A stretch of DNA of 64,000 nucleotides from Isurus oxyrinchus (GCA_026770705.1 JANJGN010000042.1:3720001-3784000); one strand, 5' to 3'. Positions 1 to 13,060 are shown, counted from the stretch's first letter. Program-made: numbers and translations. Notes: generated by a model from the letters alone, not told the origin.

Positions 1-70
1 CAATACAGCTAAATTAAAGAAGTGATAGAAAAATGATTCTGGTAACTGGTAACTAACCCTAATACTTTAC

Positions 71-140
71 CTGGAATACCGATAGCTGCAAGAACGGGAT
101 AGTAAATGGCAAACACCAGACCTTCTGGTATCCCATGCAT
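71..140 (-). CDS. GPR139/GPR142-like orphan GPCR, coding exon 1 (gene A); exon 2 lies left of the window
   Basis: Minus strand reads ATG CAT GGG ATA CCA...GGT ATT CCA G|GTAAAG = MHGIPEGLVFAIYYPVLAAIGIP. It is 70 nt with a phase-1 GT donor, and is clearly paralogous to the exon at 16901-16970, which splices to a 7TM exon. Confidence 0.85.
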
Positions 141-191
141 TTCTCTCAAAAGCTCCGAGTGTGCTCTGTGCTACACCGAAAGACTGTTACA

Positions 192-253
192 TTTATACAT
201 GATGTCGGCCTCTAGGGAGACAAAGGGAAGGTTTGGCCTTTTACATTAATTAC
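192..253 (-). promoter_or_regulatory. Putative proximal promoter of gene A: TATA box, O/E(EBF)-like site, homeodomain site
   Basis: Minus strand: TATAAA at 197-192, TCCCTAGAG at 218-210, GTAATTAATG at 253-244. The same arrangement precedes the paralog at 16901. Confidence 0.55.
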
Positions 254-659
254 ACTAACTGAAAAAAAAACATTTTAGTGCAGCTGCTGCCGCGCTCACA
301 TTTATGTTTTTGATGGAATAGAATCTGTTTTCAAGCACACTGGCGCGGCTCCAAATTGAAATAATCTGATAGGAGAGTACGGTCCAAGTTGCATTTTTTC
401 CTAAAATTTAAATAACAAGCCAAACAAGCCATTGTAATTGTGAAAGTGAGCACTGTGCACGAGCATCCATGGCTTTAAACTCCGCAGGAAAACATTACAA
501 TGTTCTCACTCTTGATCATTTTTCAGGCCGTGTGAACACGGATCACGTGTAATGTGGCTCCCTTTCCCTTCTGGAATGAGGAACCAATCAGTAGCCATCC
601 ATCATCAGCCTCTCTGCCTGCTTGGACGTCAACTCACGACGAAAAGCGTCTCAATTAAC

Positions 660-2130
660 TCTGTAAATGAAACTCCAATGCTATGGGTGTTGGCATGTGT
701 CCTATTTCTGTTTGGCTTTTAGATGGATTTGCAGCAGAATCATTGTTCCAGGCCCACTCAGGCACCTCCATCACACTTCTTCCTGGTATATTCATGACCA
801 GATCAGTGTTGATCTCGTTCAACCCCTGAACTGGAAAATGAGGTTACGTTTGCTTTGGAATGTAACCCTCCCCATGCCCTTATTTGTTCCATGTTTGAAA
901 TTTATATTTCCTTCTGCAGCTTTGATGTGGACACATCGGGGAATTGGCTATGGCCCAATATTCAACAGAAGCTCACCAACACCCAGTTATCTTGAATACA
1001 CATCCATGCACATCTCTTACTGGAAAGGAACTTTTCTGTTCTCTCAGAATCTCAGTTTCTGCTGAATATGTTCGATTATCCCTTCTAGCTTTCTCCAATA
1101 GAGCTTCCAATTACTTCAGCTGAGTATTTCCAGCGCACCGTGGTTGACAGAACACAGCGCCGTGCATGTATCATGTCTCACACTTCTGCTTTCACACCTT
1201 CTCCCCCTCCAAGATCCACAATAGGCTTCTCCTTGCCCTTGCCTACCATTCAACACACCTCCAGTATCATTTGGTCCACCTCTGCATTTTCAAACACATC
1301 CGGCATGTTGTCACTGCCCAATATGTCCAAATCACCTCTACACCTTAATATTGAGAATGGGTCATTTGCTCCACTCCGCACTTGTCTCCTCCTCAAGCAA
1401 TCCAACCCTTCCTTTTCTGAAGAACGTTCCCATGCACGCAATGAACATGCAACGCCAGCCCCTGTCTCCCTGCCCTTCTCTCTGTCCTACGTCCCAAACA
1501 ATGCTTCCAAATGGAAAATCGAATTGTTTGAACTTCTGTCCATTGAGTATACCCTGTTCACTGCTCAATATGCAGCCTGCTCTACATTCTGGAGGTTAAG
1601 TGTAGATTGGTGATCATTTCTCAGATACATCCGTTCAGTCCACAAGTGTGATCTTCTGGTCACTTGTCACCCTAATTATCTGTTCTGCTCTCACTTTAAC
1701 ATGGAGCATATGCTCCAGGAGTAAAATTTCATAGTTCCTTAAGGCACTTTCTAGGCTTTTGTATTTTCCATAAATTTCAACAATCGTGATCACAACCACT
1801 GCATTCTTCTTCCTTCTTTGCTCTTTGTTGTTCCGTTGGGAAAACATTTGTTGATTTCGATTCTGTTATAGACAGTTTGCCGTCTTTTAGACATTCTGCT
1901 TCTGCTTTTCCTTGTTCCACTTTGACCTCCACCATCACTGCTTTTGTCATTTGAATTCTGCTGTTTTCCCCTTTGCCAGAAGCATCTCCTTTTGATCTTG
2001 CTTCCCCACATTCGTTTTTTGCCTCTATACTTGCATGAAAACTGTTCCGTCTGTTACTTTTGCCTGCTCTGATAAAAGGTCACATGCTGCCGGATATCTT
2101 GAGTATTTCCATCGTTTCCTGTTTAATTCC
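660..2130 (+). mobile_element. Decayed Penelope-like retroelement (RT fragment, GIY-YIG endonuclease fragment, terminal repeat)
   Basis: Frameshifted remnants resembling the RT YIDD region (~780-810), 'SYLEYTS.H...LFSQ.L' (~980-1070) and 'CSICSLLYI..VKCRL.DHFS..IRSV' (~1560-1640). Ends in a gatgctgc...gagtatttcc tail at ~2085-2125. Confidence 0.7.
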
Positions 2131-3120
2131 ATTTAGGGTATTTATATTCAGTGTAGAAATGTGCAGCTCGGCATGGTTATATTCACAGTGTGCACACCTA
2201 GTTTGGCATGGTTACTTCCATTTGGACTAGTTCAATTCAGTTAGTGTAGCCATGTCAATCCCGGCAATAACGAATGTGCACAGGTGTCTGAATGTACATT
2301 TTGTGTGGCAACATCCAGTTCAGGACGTGTGTGCTTCGTGCTTTCAGGCTAAGCTCAGTGCACTCACATTCAGAGAAGATAACCTCCTGTTGAGCATGAT
2401 TAAATTAATGGTGGAGCACTCCAGATTGACATGGTTATGTGCCATGTAAAGAGTCCCGTCCAGCCCGCTTGCAATCACTGTTTAGTGGAAAACCAGTTTA
2501 GGGGTAAATCACGCTATTGTGACTGTCCAGTTCAGTAAATTGCATTAACTGAATTCAGGTTAATTTGCGCACAGCTGCACTCAGTACGAACAGGCCAATT
2601 TCTATCTTGTTACACTGAATGTACATAGATGACCATTAGCCCTGTTATTGTCAAGTTTGTCCGGTGGAACACAACAATGTACGATGTGCACAGCCCCGGC
2701 TGTGAACAGTTTCTTTCTTGCTGTGGAAAATTTCACTTCAGCATGATTACTTTCCATGTAGAATACTCAATTTCATTACTGCTGTATTCGATAGAGAGAG
2801 GACCGGCTGGGCATGGTTATGTTTTGTGTAGACGTATTGAAGTCTGCTTGGTGCTAATGAATGTGTACATGGACATTTGCATTCAGAATGGATTGGTTTA
2901 GTTCTGCATTCTTACTTTTAATATGAGCTTCTGTGGTGGACAGTCCCAACTGGTCATTGTTACTGTCAGCGTGAACATTTTAACTTCCTAGTGGCTATGC
3001 TTCGTGTGAAGATGGCTTGATCAATGAGCTTACATTCAATTTGCACAATTACAGTTCTGCAGCATGATTTTCAGTGCAGACTGATCTGGGCCGGAGAGAT
3101 TTTATTTATTGTGATTTTCC
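2130..3120. repeat. Degenerate ~34-bp tandem repeat region upstream of gene A
   Basis: Recurring cag(c/t)t..gcatggtta(t/c)attca..gtg units, e.g. ggcatggtta at ~2170 and ~2204. An inverted homolog lies at 13080-13420 and 15880-16440. Confidence 0.5.
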
Positions 3121-3139
3121 ATGACAAAATCCAGGTCTA

Positions 3140-3420
3140 TTTTTAATGATAAAGGAAGGCTCTTAGGCAAAGTACTAGGGGATGAGGAGGTTCTGGAGAC
3201 TTTGGAATTGTCTTCTCCAGAAAACAAGACACGGCAGGGGCACTAAATATATTTAAGGCATAGTTATACAAATTATTGATCGACAAGAGATCCAATGGTT
3301 ACTCAGTCTGGCAGGAAAATGGAGTTAAGGCCAGGATCACATCAGTCATGAACTTACTGTATGTTGGAGCTGGATTGTTGGGTCGAAACGCTTACAACGA
3401 CTTTCATCTCTTTTGATCTC
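3140..3420 (+). mobile_element. CR1-type LINE 3' end fragment
   Basis: aaatatatttaaggca...ggcaggaaaatggagttaagg...atcagtcatga...ggagc...gggtcgaa tail, as in the other CR1 copies in the window. Confidence 0.6.
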
Positions 3421-3449
3421 AATGACTTCAAATAAATATCCAGCCATTG

Positions 3450-4350
3450 TCACTGTTTATGCCTTTTGGCAATAGATTGAAAGAGTATTTAAACGCCCTT
3501 TTCAGCTCCGCTTTGTATTTAGTCTGGGTCCCTGCATATATAAATGTATTCTTACAGGATCTAAGGAGTTAAAAACACTGTCGGATTTGCTGCAGAATAA
3601 ATTTTGTGTCAATGGAAATGGAACTGATAGATCAGCTATTTCCCATACTTTGTGCAAACAGGAAACGTACAATATGCGTCAAGGCCAGCTGGAGGAAACT
3701 GCCTGAAATGGAGAAGAGTACAAAAATAGACTTGCTGTGGCTCTTCATCTCTGAGTCACTCTGATTCTCTCCATTCCTGTGGGATCAGAGTCTGCTGCAG
3801 GATTTACTTACCAGTAGAATATTTCAGGATGTCTCAATATCGAGCAGCAAAGTCAGGAGAAAGGAGAGACAAGGGGTTAGAATACAGTCCAGCCAGTCAA
3901 ACATTCTCCATGGAAATAAAATATAAAATGCATCATCTATGATAGAGTTACGTTGTTAACGATATAAATAAGTTCATACATGAAATAAAAAGGGGTGGCT
4001 ATCAAAGAGGACTGCACACAGATCATTCTTAAATTTCCAGCTGCTGTTTTCTAACTGCAGTATTTCATTTTCAGCTCCTGGTGACAAATGGCTAGGGAAC
4101 AGTAAAAGGTGAACTTGAGGGTTGACCAGAGAGTACAACCTTTCGAACCAGAGTTTAAAGCAACAAGGACGACATAGAGGAATGGTGGACAGAAAACTGA
4201 CTGGAAAATAAACAGCCGGAAATGGGCTTAATGTCACGGTAATGCTAATGACAAGGAGATCTGTCACCACCATGGATACCAGATACTGCGTGATACATCA
4301 GGAGAAACCACAAATTGCTCGGGAGAAGATCACAATCATTAGAAAGTTAG
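3450..4350 (-). pseudogene. GPR139-like GPCR pseudogene, exon 2 (gene B)
   Basis: CT-rich acceptor CTTACAG|CT AAC TTT, then ANFLMIVIFSRAICGFS*CITQYLVSMVVTDLLVI... LAICHQELKMKYCS*KTAA... NTFIYAGTQTKYKAELKRAFKY. Multiple stops and frameshifts; no exon 1 found. Confidence 0.85.
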
Positions 4351-4984
4351 CTGTAAGGCAGAGAGCGAGAGAGAGAAAGAGGAGAGAGAGAGGAACAGAA
4401 TTAGTGCTGAAACTCTCAGCTACACCTGCAGTTTGGTGGGAGAGGGTATGGAATTTATATCATGAATACTTGATTCAACGCTGGAACTGATTAATTTAGT
4501 AACGTAGTGTGTTTTTTTTTATTAATATTGTCCCAAATACATTGGAAATTGGAACATGAAATAACACAAAACACTTATTTTCTGATTTCTGTAAAGTTTA
4601 TGCAATCTAGAAGTAGCAGGAATTGAACAGGATTAACGTATTAAATAGACAAAAGGACAGCCTGAAGATGGCATAACGGACAGATAATAAATCAATACAT
4701 TTAGTCGTTTAAATTCCGGTAAATAATAACGTTATGAAATGTTAAACCGCTATAATACTTAGAGCAATCGAATGACAGGTAATAAGATATGGGTAATAAC
4801 TTATTCCTAAGAAATAAATGAGGGAACCACGGGACGATGGAAAATAAAGTTGAACGAACGCCATTGATTCAATTCGGGTTTAGTTCCTGTGGAAACAGGT
4901 CAAACAGCATCAGCGGGTTTTTTTGCAGCTCAATGATTGCTGTAGTGGGAGATTAGGTCTCGTATTTTAGTGAAGATTTGTAAT

Positions 4985-5120
4985 TGAAGAAGCAGAAAGT
5001 CCTCCGTTTAGAGTCTCATCAAACGAGCGACAGAGCAGGTAGTGCTGTCCTTCCTCAGGAGTATGCAGCTAGGTTAGGGACTCGAGATCGGGAGTAGGGC
5101 TCAAACCCAGGGCTTGAACA
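4985..5120 (-). mobile_element. tRNA-derived SINE (SacSINE/DeuSINE-like) fragment; duplicated copy at ~6885-7030
   Basis: Reverse complement contains gggtttgagccctactcccg (B-box-like) followed by ctgagg..agcact...tttgatgagactctaaac. A similar plus-strand copy lies at ~50790-51000. Confidence 0.5.
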
Positions 5121-6094
5121 CTGATATTTCAAAATGTAGATCCCCGAAATAAAGTGGCTGTGAGCATAATACATACTGGTTCCGATGAGTATCACACAGC
5201 CTTGACAACAAAATGCATCTTAGGAGAATTGAATGGGGCAGTTAACATTAGCAACAGAGTTAAAAAAAAAGTCTTCGTAACTGTTCATCGATTGCAACTA
5301 TTTGATAAATTTACGAATAAACATGTGGAGGGTAAACAAAAATATGGAAAAATACATACCACTATCATTTATAGTTTCGCGCCAATTAGAACATATGCTG
5401 ATCTGTAATGGTTAAGCTCAAAGCACCACAAAAAAAAACTCCCTCCCACAAATTATATTCCTTCTTCCACAGTTTGCTCATTCAGTTATGCAACAACAAC
5501 CCTTCGCAATGTCCTCTTCTTATCTAAAATATTTACTGTGCCACATGGCTTATTTTCAGCAGCAATTTGGATACGAAACTTACTATTGCTTCATTTCGAA
5601 CCTTTAAATGCGGTGAAAAGCTGAGACCCAAATACAAATCTTGCGAATCAGCTGTCACACCCTGTCAATTGAAATGAATTCACTTTATCCATCAACAAAT
5701 TAAATGAGCTTTGTACACACCACAGCCATCGCTATTTAAATTTATGTCGATATCAATATAAATTAACATCTAGGCATGTAAAATAAACGACCTGTTTGAC
5801 TAAGAAATTCAGGTGTTAATGACATTATTGAAGTAACAATTAAACTACATTTTGCAGCATTTGTATCATTGCCAAAAATTCCTTGAATACAAGACACAGA
5901 AATCGTGGGAACACATAAAGCAACCTTGAATTCTTTGCTGTTGGAGGACAGCCAAACATCCGGAGAAGCTAAACAGTAGACATTTGACCCTCAAGGCTTC
6001 ACAGTTAAAAAAAAGATGGAAAAGATTTAATTCCGGAAAAATTACGTAGAATACAATGAATTCAGATTCAGAATGTTTCTGTTTCCTATTTTGA

Positions 6095-6248
6095 GTGATT
6101 CAGAAAACTGACTGTAAAAAAACAGCCGTAAACCGGCTTAATACCATTGTAATGAAAATACAAAGGAAATCTATCACCGCCATGGACACTGCGTATCTAG
6201 AAAGACCACATCTTCCTCGGGAACGTTTCACGATAGTCAGAAAGTTAG
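6095..6248 (-). pseudogene. Truncated GPR139-like exon-2 fragment created by the tandem duplication
   Basis: (CT)n acceptor then ANFLTIVKRSRGRCGLS-RYAVSMAVIDFLCIFITMVLSRFTAVF. It stops at the duplication junction. Confidence 0.8.
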
Positions 6249-8559
6249 CTCTAAGCTAGAGAGAGAGAGAGAGAGAGAGGAGAGAGTAGGGAAGAATTAG
6301 TGTTGAATTTCCCAGCTCCAACATCCGTTTTGCGGAAGAATGGTATGGCATCTGGACCATCAATACTTTATTCAACGCTGGAACTGATTAGTTTACCAAT
6401 GTATAAATGCTGGTCCATTTTTTATTTATATTGTCCCAGATAAAGTGGAAGTCGGAATATAAAATGACACAAAGCACTTACTTTCCGATTCCTGTAAATT
6501 TTATGTAATCTAGAAGTAGAAGGAATTGATCTTCACTAACGTATTAAATTGACAAAAGGACAACCTGAAAATGGCATAAAATACATATAAAATCTCAATT
6601 CATTTATTCATTTAAAAATAAGTAAATAATAACGTTATGAAACTTTAAACCACTATAATAATGAAACCAATCTAATGACAGGAAATAAGGTATGGGTAAT
6701 AACGAATTCCTAATAAGTATCAGAAGGAACCAAGGTACGATGAAAAAAAAAAATGAGCGAACACCTTTGACTAAATTTGGGTTTTGCCCCCGTGGAAACA
6801 AGTCAAAGCGCATCAAGGTCTTTTTTTTTCAGTTCAGTGACTGCTGTAGTGGGAGATGAGGTCTCGCAGCTGTAGTGAGGATTTTCAACTGATAAAGCAG
6901 AAAGACCTCGGTTTACAGCCTCGTCAGAAGGACGACAGAGTAGAAAGTGCTGGACTATCTCAGCGGCATGGAGCTGGGCTACAGACACGCGATCGGAAGT
7001 AGGGAACAAACCCAGGGCTTTCCGAACGAACACTGAAATTTCAAAATTTAGCTCAGTTAAATAAAATGGCTACGAGTATAATGAATTCCGGCTCCGAAGC
7101 GTATCACACAGGCTGGACAACGAAGTGCACTACTAAGGAGAATTGAATGCAGCTGTTAACCGCAGCAACGGAGTTAAAAATGATCATCACAGTTCAGCGA
7201 CTGCAATGATTGATGTTAAATTTACGCATTGTTAGTCAAACACCAATAAACATGTGGCGGGTAAACAAAAACATGGAAAATACTTACCACTATCATTTAT
7301 AGTTTCACCCTAATTAGAAAATATGGTGACGTGCAATGGTTAAGCTTAAAGCGCCAGAGAAAAACAGCCTTCCCCAAATGGTATTCCTTCTCCTACAGTT
7401 TGCTCATTCAGTTATCCAACGACAGCCCTTCGCAATGTTCTGTTCTTCTCTAAACTATTTAGTGTACCACATGGCTTATTTTCGGCAGCAATTTGGATAC
7501 GAAACTTACTGCTGCTTCATTTTGATCCTTCTAAATGCGATGAAAAACAGGCCCACATACAAATCCTGTGAATCAGCTGGCACCGCCTGTCAATTGCACT
7601 GTATTCACATTATCCATCAACAAATTAGATGAGCTTTGTACACACCGCAGGCATCGTGACTTAAATTTACATCGATATCAATGTAAATTAACATCTATGC
7701 ATGTAAAATAAATGACCCGTTTAATGAAACAATTGAGGTGTAAATTACAATATTGAAGTACAAATTAAACTATATTATACATCATCTGTATCATTGTCAA
7801 AATTCCTGTCAACACAAGAAACAGCGCGCCTTGGAACATATAAATCAATCTTGAATGTCTTGCCCTTGGAGCGCAGCCAAAAACCGGTAGAAGCTAATAG
7901 TAAACATCTGACCCTCAAGGATTCACAGTTAAGCAAATGTTGATAAGAACTAGTTTTGGAAAAAAATATAGAATACAATGAACAATGCCAGATAGTACAG
8001 TAAGCTACAGAGACAAGACGCATGTCCCTGTAAAAGCCATTACCCAGACACATAACTACAGAGACATAGCTCAGCCATCTTTAGGATACAAAGGATTGAG
8101 TTATGAGAGAATTCCGTTGAAAAGGTAAGACAAATGTACACTCTACGATTAAGAAATTATACTGGATTTTAAGAATAACTTCTTCAAATCAATATTTGTT
8201 TGACTATCCAGATTGTTGAATAAAGTGGATTTATAATCTTATGCTTTCTTGCATAGCATTGCTAGGTTATATTCGGTGATATAGTAGTGATATACATATG
8301 AGTTGTAGCCTCATACTGAAAACCTCACGAACCCACATATAAGTAACAATATCGTAGAAATCGTAAGTTTGCTTTCTAAGTGCGGATAGTGGTAAACTGT
8401 TAAAGAGTTTTTTCTTACTGTAGTATACCTGTAGTAATATTCTACCCTGGCAGAATTTTGCTGGTTCGACAACTCCGAGTAGCTGTCTGAGTTGTTTTGA
8501 ATTCGTACAGAGCAGTTGTTGGGGGCGGGGAGTGGCGGTGGGGGAGTAAAGCAGTCGGA

Positions 8560-9170
8560 TCAATGTTACATTTCGAAAAGGCCATAGGGAGTAATAATTG
8601 ATTAGGATCGATACATGGATTTAATGAGAGAGCAGGGTCATGGGAATATTTTTGAATGAATACTGTGCTGCAATGCGAATGACGGGCAGTGCCAATTATT
8701 TTGGATTGATATTAGCCTATAGTAAGAAGAAAGAAAATGGTGAACTATTTTGGATTGGTACAGTCTTATTGTGAGGAAAAAAAAAGATCAGTGTGAGATA
8801 TTTCGGATTGCCGGAGGCTTACACTTAGAAAAAAGGGTAGAGTGAATTGTTCCAGGTTCGTACCATGTTGAAGCGAATTGCTAGGCAATGTGAAATGTTT
8901 TGATCTGAGACAGGCATGTAATTAGAGAGCTGAGCTGTATGAATGCCCGTTGGATTTATACAGGGCTGGAGTGAAAAGGCAGCAATGTGTGAATTTCAAG
9001 GATTCTTTTACCATAGGGACATGAACGAAACAGTGAATGATTTTCGATGCATTCAGGCCTGTAGTGAGAGGGCAGGGCCGACAAAATTGTTTTGGGATGA
9101 TACAGGGCCACGGTGATAGAGTAACGCACTGTGAACAATTTGGCTATCTGCATTCGTATGTTCACATTGG
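8560..9170. repeat. Degenerate ~48-50-bp minisatellite
   Basis: Recurring ttttggattg.taca.gc..gtagtgagag..agg..gtgaa units, with ttt(t/c)ggattg at ~8699, ~8747 and ~8800. Confidence 0.55.
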
Positions 9171-9239
9171 GTAATCATATCATAACGTTACCAAGACATT
9201 TGGAGACAGAAGGAATTCATTCAATCCTTCACAAACATT

Positions 9240-10060
9240 CAGGATCTCTGAAGCACAATTCAGTCAGTCTCCTCCTCCCCATTTTATCTCAGTGGCCCTT
9301 CACGTTTATTTCCGTTAAGTAGCTATCACATTACCATTTGAAATCACGAGTCATCTCCGTTTCCACCACAATTGTAGGCAGCACTTTGAGGTCGTGACCA
9401 CTCGCTGCATAAACACTTTTGTTCATCACGTGCTGCCAGCACATTTTGCACTGTCCTTAAAACGTTGCACCCAAGCAACTTTACGATCGGTAACTGGGAA
9501 CATATTTTCTGCTATCTACCTTATCTCAACCCGTTTAATCTAGGAAGTTTCTACCAAACAGCTCGTCAATTCCCTTTCCTCCGATGAAAACAACCCAAGC
9601 TCCACTCACTGAACATTGCTGCCAAGGCGCCGCATCCCTGTTAACATTCGAGTAAATCTCCTCTACACTGCATAAAGTACACACACATTTTATCTGGTGC
9701 ATGGTGACCAGAAACGGACACAGCAATTTAATTGTGGTCTAACCAGAGTGTAAATTGTTTCAGCACAGCTTCCTCGTATTTATGCTCAATTTCTCGATTT
9801 ATGTACTCGAAAATTCCAAAGCCTGTTGTAACAATACTTTCAACATGTCAGGGCACCTTCGAATATCAATTCACATGGACCGTCAGGTCCCTCTGTCCTT
9901 GCGCACTGTTTAGAACCTTAACATTAACTGGATATTGTTCCTCACTGGCCATTTTACTAAATCTAGCATTTCCTGGGTTAGGTCCCATCTGCCACTTTGA
10001 TTCAGCTGCTGTAGACTTTTGAAATTGGAACTCCTCTTCCTACCTCTTTCCAACATTCTG
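9240..10060 (-). mobile_element. Old CR1-type LINE 3' portion
   Basis: Reverse-complement CR1 ORF2 C-terminal signature (accagaaacggacacagcaa...tgtggtctaaccag = 'LVRPQL..CV.FW') plus 3' UTR. Confidence 0.6.
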
Positions 10061-10329
10061 GTATGTCAGTGTCCTCGTAGCATTGCCTATGAAATAGGTT
10101 AAATGTTGCGTTTCTAGTTTGATCTAAAACTAGCATTGCCTTCTTCATGTTGTTTCTCGCTTTTATTCCAGTAATTGGGTGAGCACAGGCTTGGCCAATT
10201 TAGTTTAAATTATTCGCAACTACACTAGCTGTGCAACAATACTGGTCACAGCTCTGTTGTTTTGCATATCGTCCCTACTGAACAAGTGCCTAAAACTGAT
10301 TCGCCCACCACCCCCCCACCCCCCACCCC

Positions 10330-11530
10330 ACATGACCACCCGCTCCGCTTTCCACACTTGTCTGATGAATCTGTACTGCTCCATGTTGAGCGCCACTTGT
10401 AAGAAAGACTAAGAGTTGCAAGGTCCCAGATTGAACTCAGGGGGCTTCAGTGTCCATCACCAAGTGTTTCTCCGAAGCAGCAATATATATTGACCTGGCT
10501 GCATGCCCAAGGGAACACCTACCAGATTTTGCCTGTAGTAGGTGGTGAGGGAGCCAAAAATAGGGAAGAACACATGTTACCTGATCATAAGTAAACTACC
10601 TGTAGCAGATGCACCTGTCCACCATAGTATTGGGAGAAGCCTCCAGTACACATCTGTATAAACATGAAAACCATCACATTGTCGTGCTGTGTGGCGCTAC
10701 CATTGTGCTAAATCAAATCAAGAAAATCAAAGCCAGATTTCCGTTAGGTGCAGTGAGCCATCAGCAGCAGTAGCATTGTATCAATTCTTAGTTTGTAAAC
10801 TCATGGCCCGTTATATCCCTCACTTTGACATTACCAACAGATGAAGGGATCAATTCTGACAAAGTGAAGGGTGTAGAACAGCATGCCAGGGGCACAAGGG
10901 ACATAAAAACGAGGTGTCGACCTGGTGAAGTAAAAAAAAAACCAGAAACCTTGGCATGCCAAGCAACTGAAAAAGCATGTGATTGACAGCACTAAAATAT
11001 CCCACCAACAATTGGTCAAACCAAAGATCTGCAATCCTTCCACATCCAATCATGAATAGCGGTGGGCAATAGAAGAATAAAGAGAAACAGGATATTCCAC
11101 AAATATCCCTAACCCTAAAGATGGGTGAGTCCAGCATATCGGGGCAGAAAGAGATGGCTGAAGGACTTTAATTAACTTTCAGCCAGAACTCCCGAGTGGA
11201 AGATCCATCTCAGACTCCACCTGAGGTCTCCATCGTCCTCACCGAATTCGATTGATTCCAGTTAATATTACTGGCAATTGAGTACAACAAATGCCACAAA
11301 GGCAATGGGCCCGATAAAGGAGCCGGCTGTAGAATTGAAGATTAGTGCTTCAGAACAAGCCGACTCAATTTCCGACTTCAGTACATCTTAGAAAGCTGGC
11401 AATGACTCAAATAATTGGAAGCTGCCCAAATATGACCTGTCCAGAGAAGGAAGGAAAAATCCAGTCCGGTCAACTATCGCCACATTAGTCTACATTGCAT
11501 TACAAGAAAAGTGATGGAAAGTCTCGCCAT
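10330..11530 (+). mobile_element. Decayed LINE ORF2 (CR1/L2 group, second family): endonuclease to start of RT
   Basis: Remnants such as SDESVLLHVERHL...GFSVHHQ (~10360-10465), NIPNPKDG..QHIGAERDG (~11100) and KSSPVNYRHISL (~11460). Confidence 0.6.
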
Positions 11531-12294
11531 TTTTGTTAATGGTTGGTCGAAAGTCATTCATGTGAAAGGCGCTGTGCTTCAAGAAGCGCTTCGTGGTATC
11601 TTTGTAACGTTTTCCCTGTCCTTCCCTGAAACGTTGGCTACTTAAGTGGTGGAAAATTTAGAGAACGTGGTGTGGGGTCGATTTCCTTGAGGCATGAGCA
11701 TAAATTTGAAATGAATAATAGTTCATTGCAGTATTAATGGAGAGATGCGCTGATTGAAGTTCAGCCAGTCGGGTGGCATCTAAAACTTAAGCAATTTTCA
11801 CGATCCCAGGTGGATGCAACAAACATCATGTGGAGCAATTTGGCTTGGAGGCGCTTTATATAAATTAAAAATATTCTATTTTTGCCCATAGCTTCGGTCG
11901 CATTGAGCAAAACCATGTTGCCATGGACTGTGCATTGACCAAGTAATCTATTAATACTGAAACATACACAAAAGTATCGGAGTGCATGTGTGTAAAAGTA
12001 CAAAGATTGGTCAGAGGGGAATATGATATTCTAACGATAATAGAAATCTACCACAATATGTGGCGTGACTGACAGTTTCATATTCCTGTTTGCAATGCAT
12101 TTTGAATCATTCTTTTTAACTCTTTGCAAAGTAAACTCCTCTCACCTTCCCACTGTTCTGCGAGTGATGGAACATCCCAGGTAGTGTGGCAGCTCAAGTA
12201 TGATTTATCAGCTCCCAGCAGTTGGGTTATGTGTTTGTTATGAGGAGGAAATTCTTACTAGGACTGAAATATTGTCTCCACTCAATACTGATAC

Positions 12295-13060
12295 CACCAT
12301 TTTTTATTTATCCCTGCGATATAGCCCTGGGTGGCAAGGTCAATCTTTATTGCGAATTGCTAATTTTCTTTAGAATTTCGTGGTGAGCTGCCTTCTTGAG
12401 CCCCTTCAGTCCATGTGCGCTATCTTCATCCATAATGCTAGAAGGCAGGAATTTTCACAGTTTGACCAATTGATGAAAACTATTTCAAGTTTCGAGCGTG
12501 AGTGAGATGCAGCTGCTGGTGTTTCCACGTGCCTGTTACCTTTGTTTCCCAAGACAGTAAAACCCGAAGTTTCGAAGGTGTAGTTACAGAATACCTGATA
12601 AGTTGATTCTTTTTTTCTTGGAATGTGGGCATCGTGCAGAAGGCCACATTTGTTGTCAATTTGAGCACAGTAAAGAGGCAGACATTTTACTGTGGGTCTG
12701 CAGCCACATATAGGTCAGATCGGGTAAGGACGGCACATTGTCTTCCCTACAGGACATTAGTGAAGCCAATAGGTGTTCGCAACAATCGAAGACCGTTTTC
12801 GTGGGCACAGTTACCGAGACGAGCTTGATACTCCAATCGCATTATTTTAATTAGCTGCCATGTTATGATTTAAAACAATGTCACAAAGGTATGTGCCTCG
12901 GCCTCAGGATCACCCTATCACACTGCCCCTAATGTTGATGTAGGGTGTTCGACTATCGCAATTACATTAAATTCCAAGGGGAAGATGTTTGACGTCCTCA
13001 TCCTGGAATTGGTAAAATTCTGCTGTATCCTTCCTGAATACATTCTGCACACCTGGATCC
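12295..13060 (-). mobile_element. 3' end of the second LINE family, interrupted by a tRNA-SINE (~12660-12930)
   Basis: Reverse complement of the tail of the 38915-40140 copy (ggtgagctgccttcttga...cagtccatg). The internal SINE matches the copies at 24140-24500 and 51750-52130. Confidence 0.6.

Larger units (their letters stand above)
4190..7985. repeat. Tandem segmental duplication, ~1.9-kb unit (~4190-6070 and ~6100-7985)
   Basis: Collinear shared blocks: aaaactgactg..aaaa.aacagccg (4193/6104), attcaacgctggaactgatta (4473/6370), gcagcaatttggatacgaaacttact (5560/7485), gaatacaatgaa (~6050/7971). Confidence 0.9.

Noticed and set aside
451-457. Isolated CACTGTG/CACAGTG heptamers (also ~2185, 21461, 34239)
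   Set aside because: No nonamer recognised at 12 or 23 nt and no adjacent D/J coding sequence.
1140-1613. 157-aa and overlapping ORFs
   Set aside because: Off-frame readings of a decayed Penelope-like element, not host genes.
7280-7320. Minus-strand GTAAGT donor with a possible micro-exon as exon 1 of gene B
   Set aside because: It does not encode the YYP..A.IGIP signature, and an in-frame stop lies just upstream.
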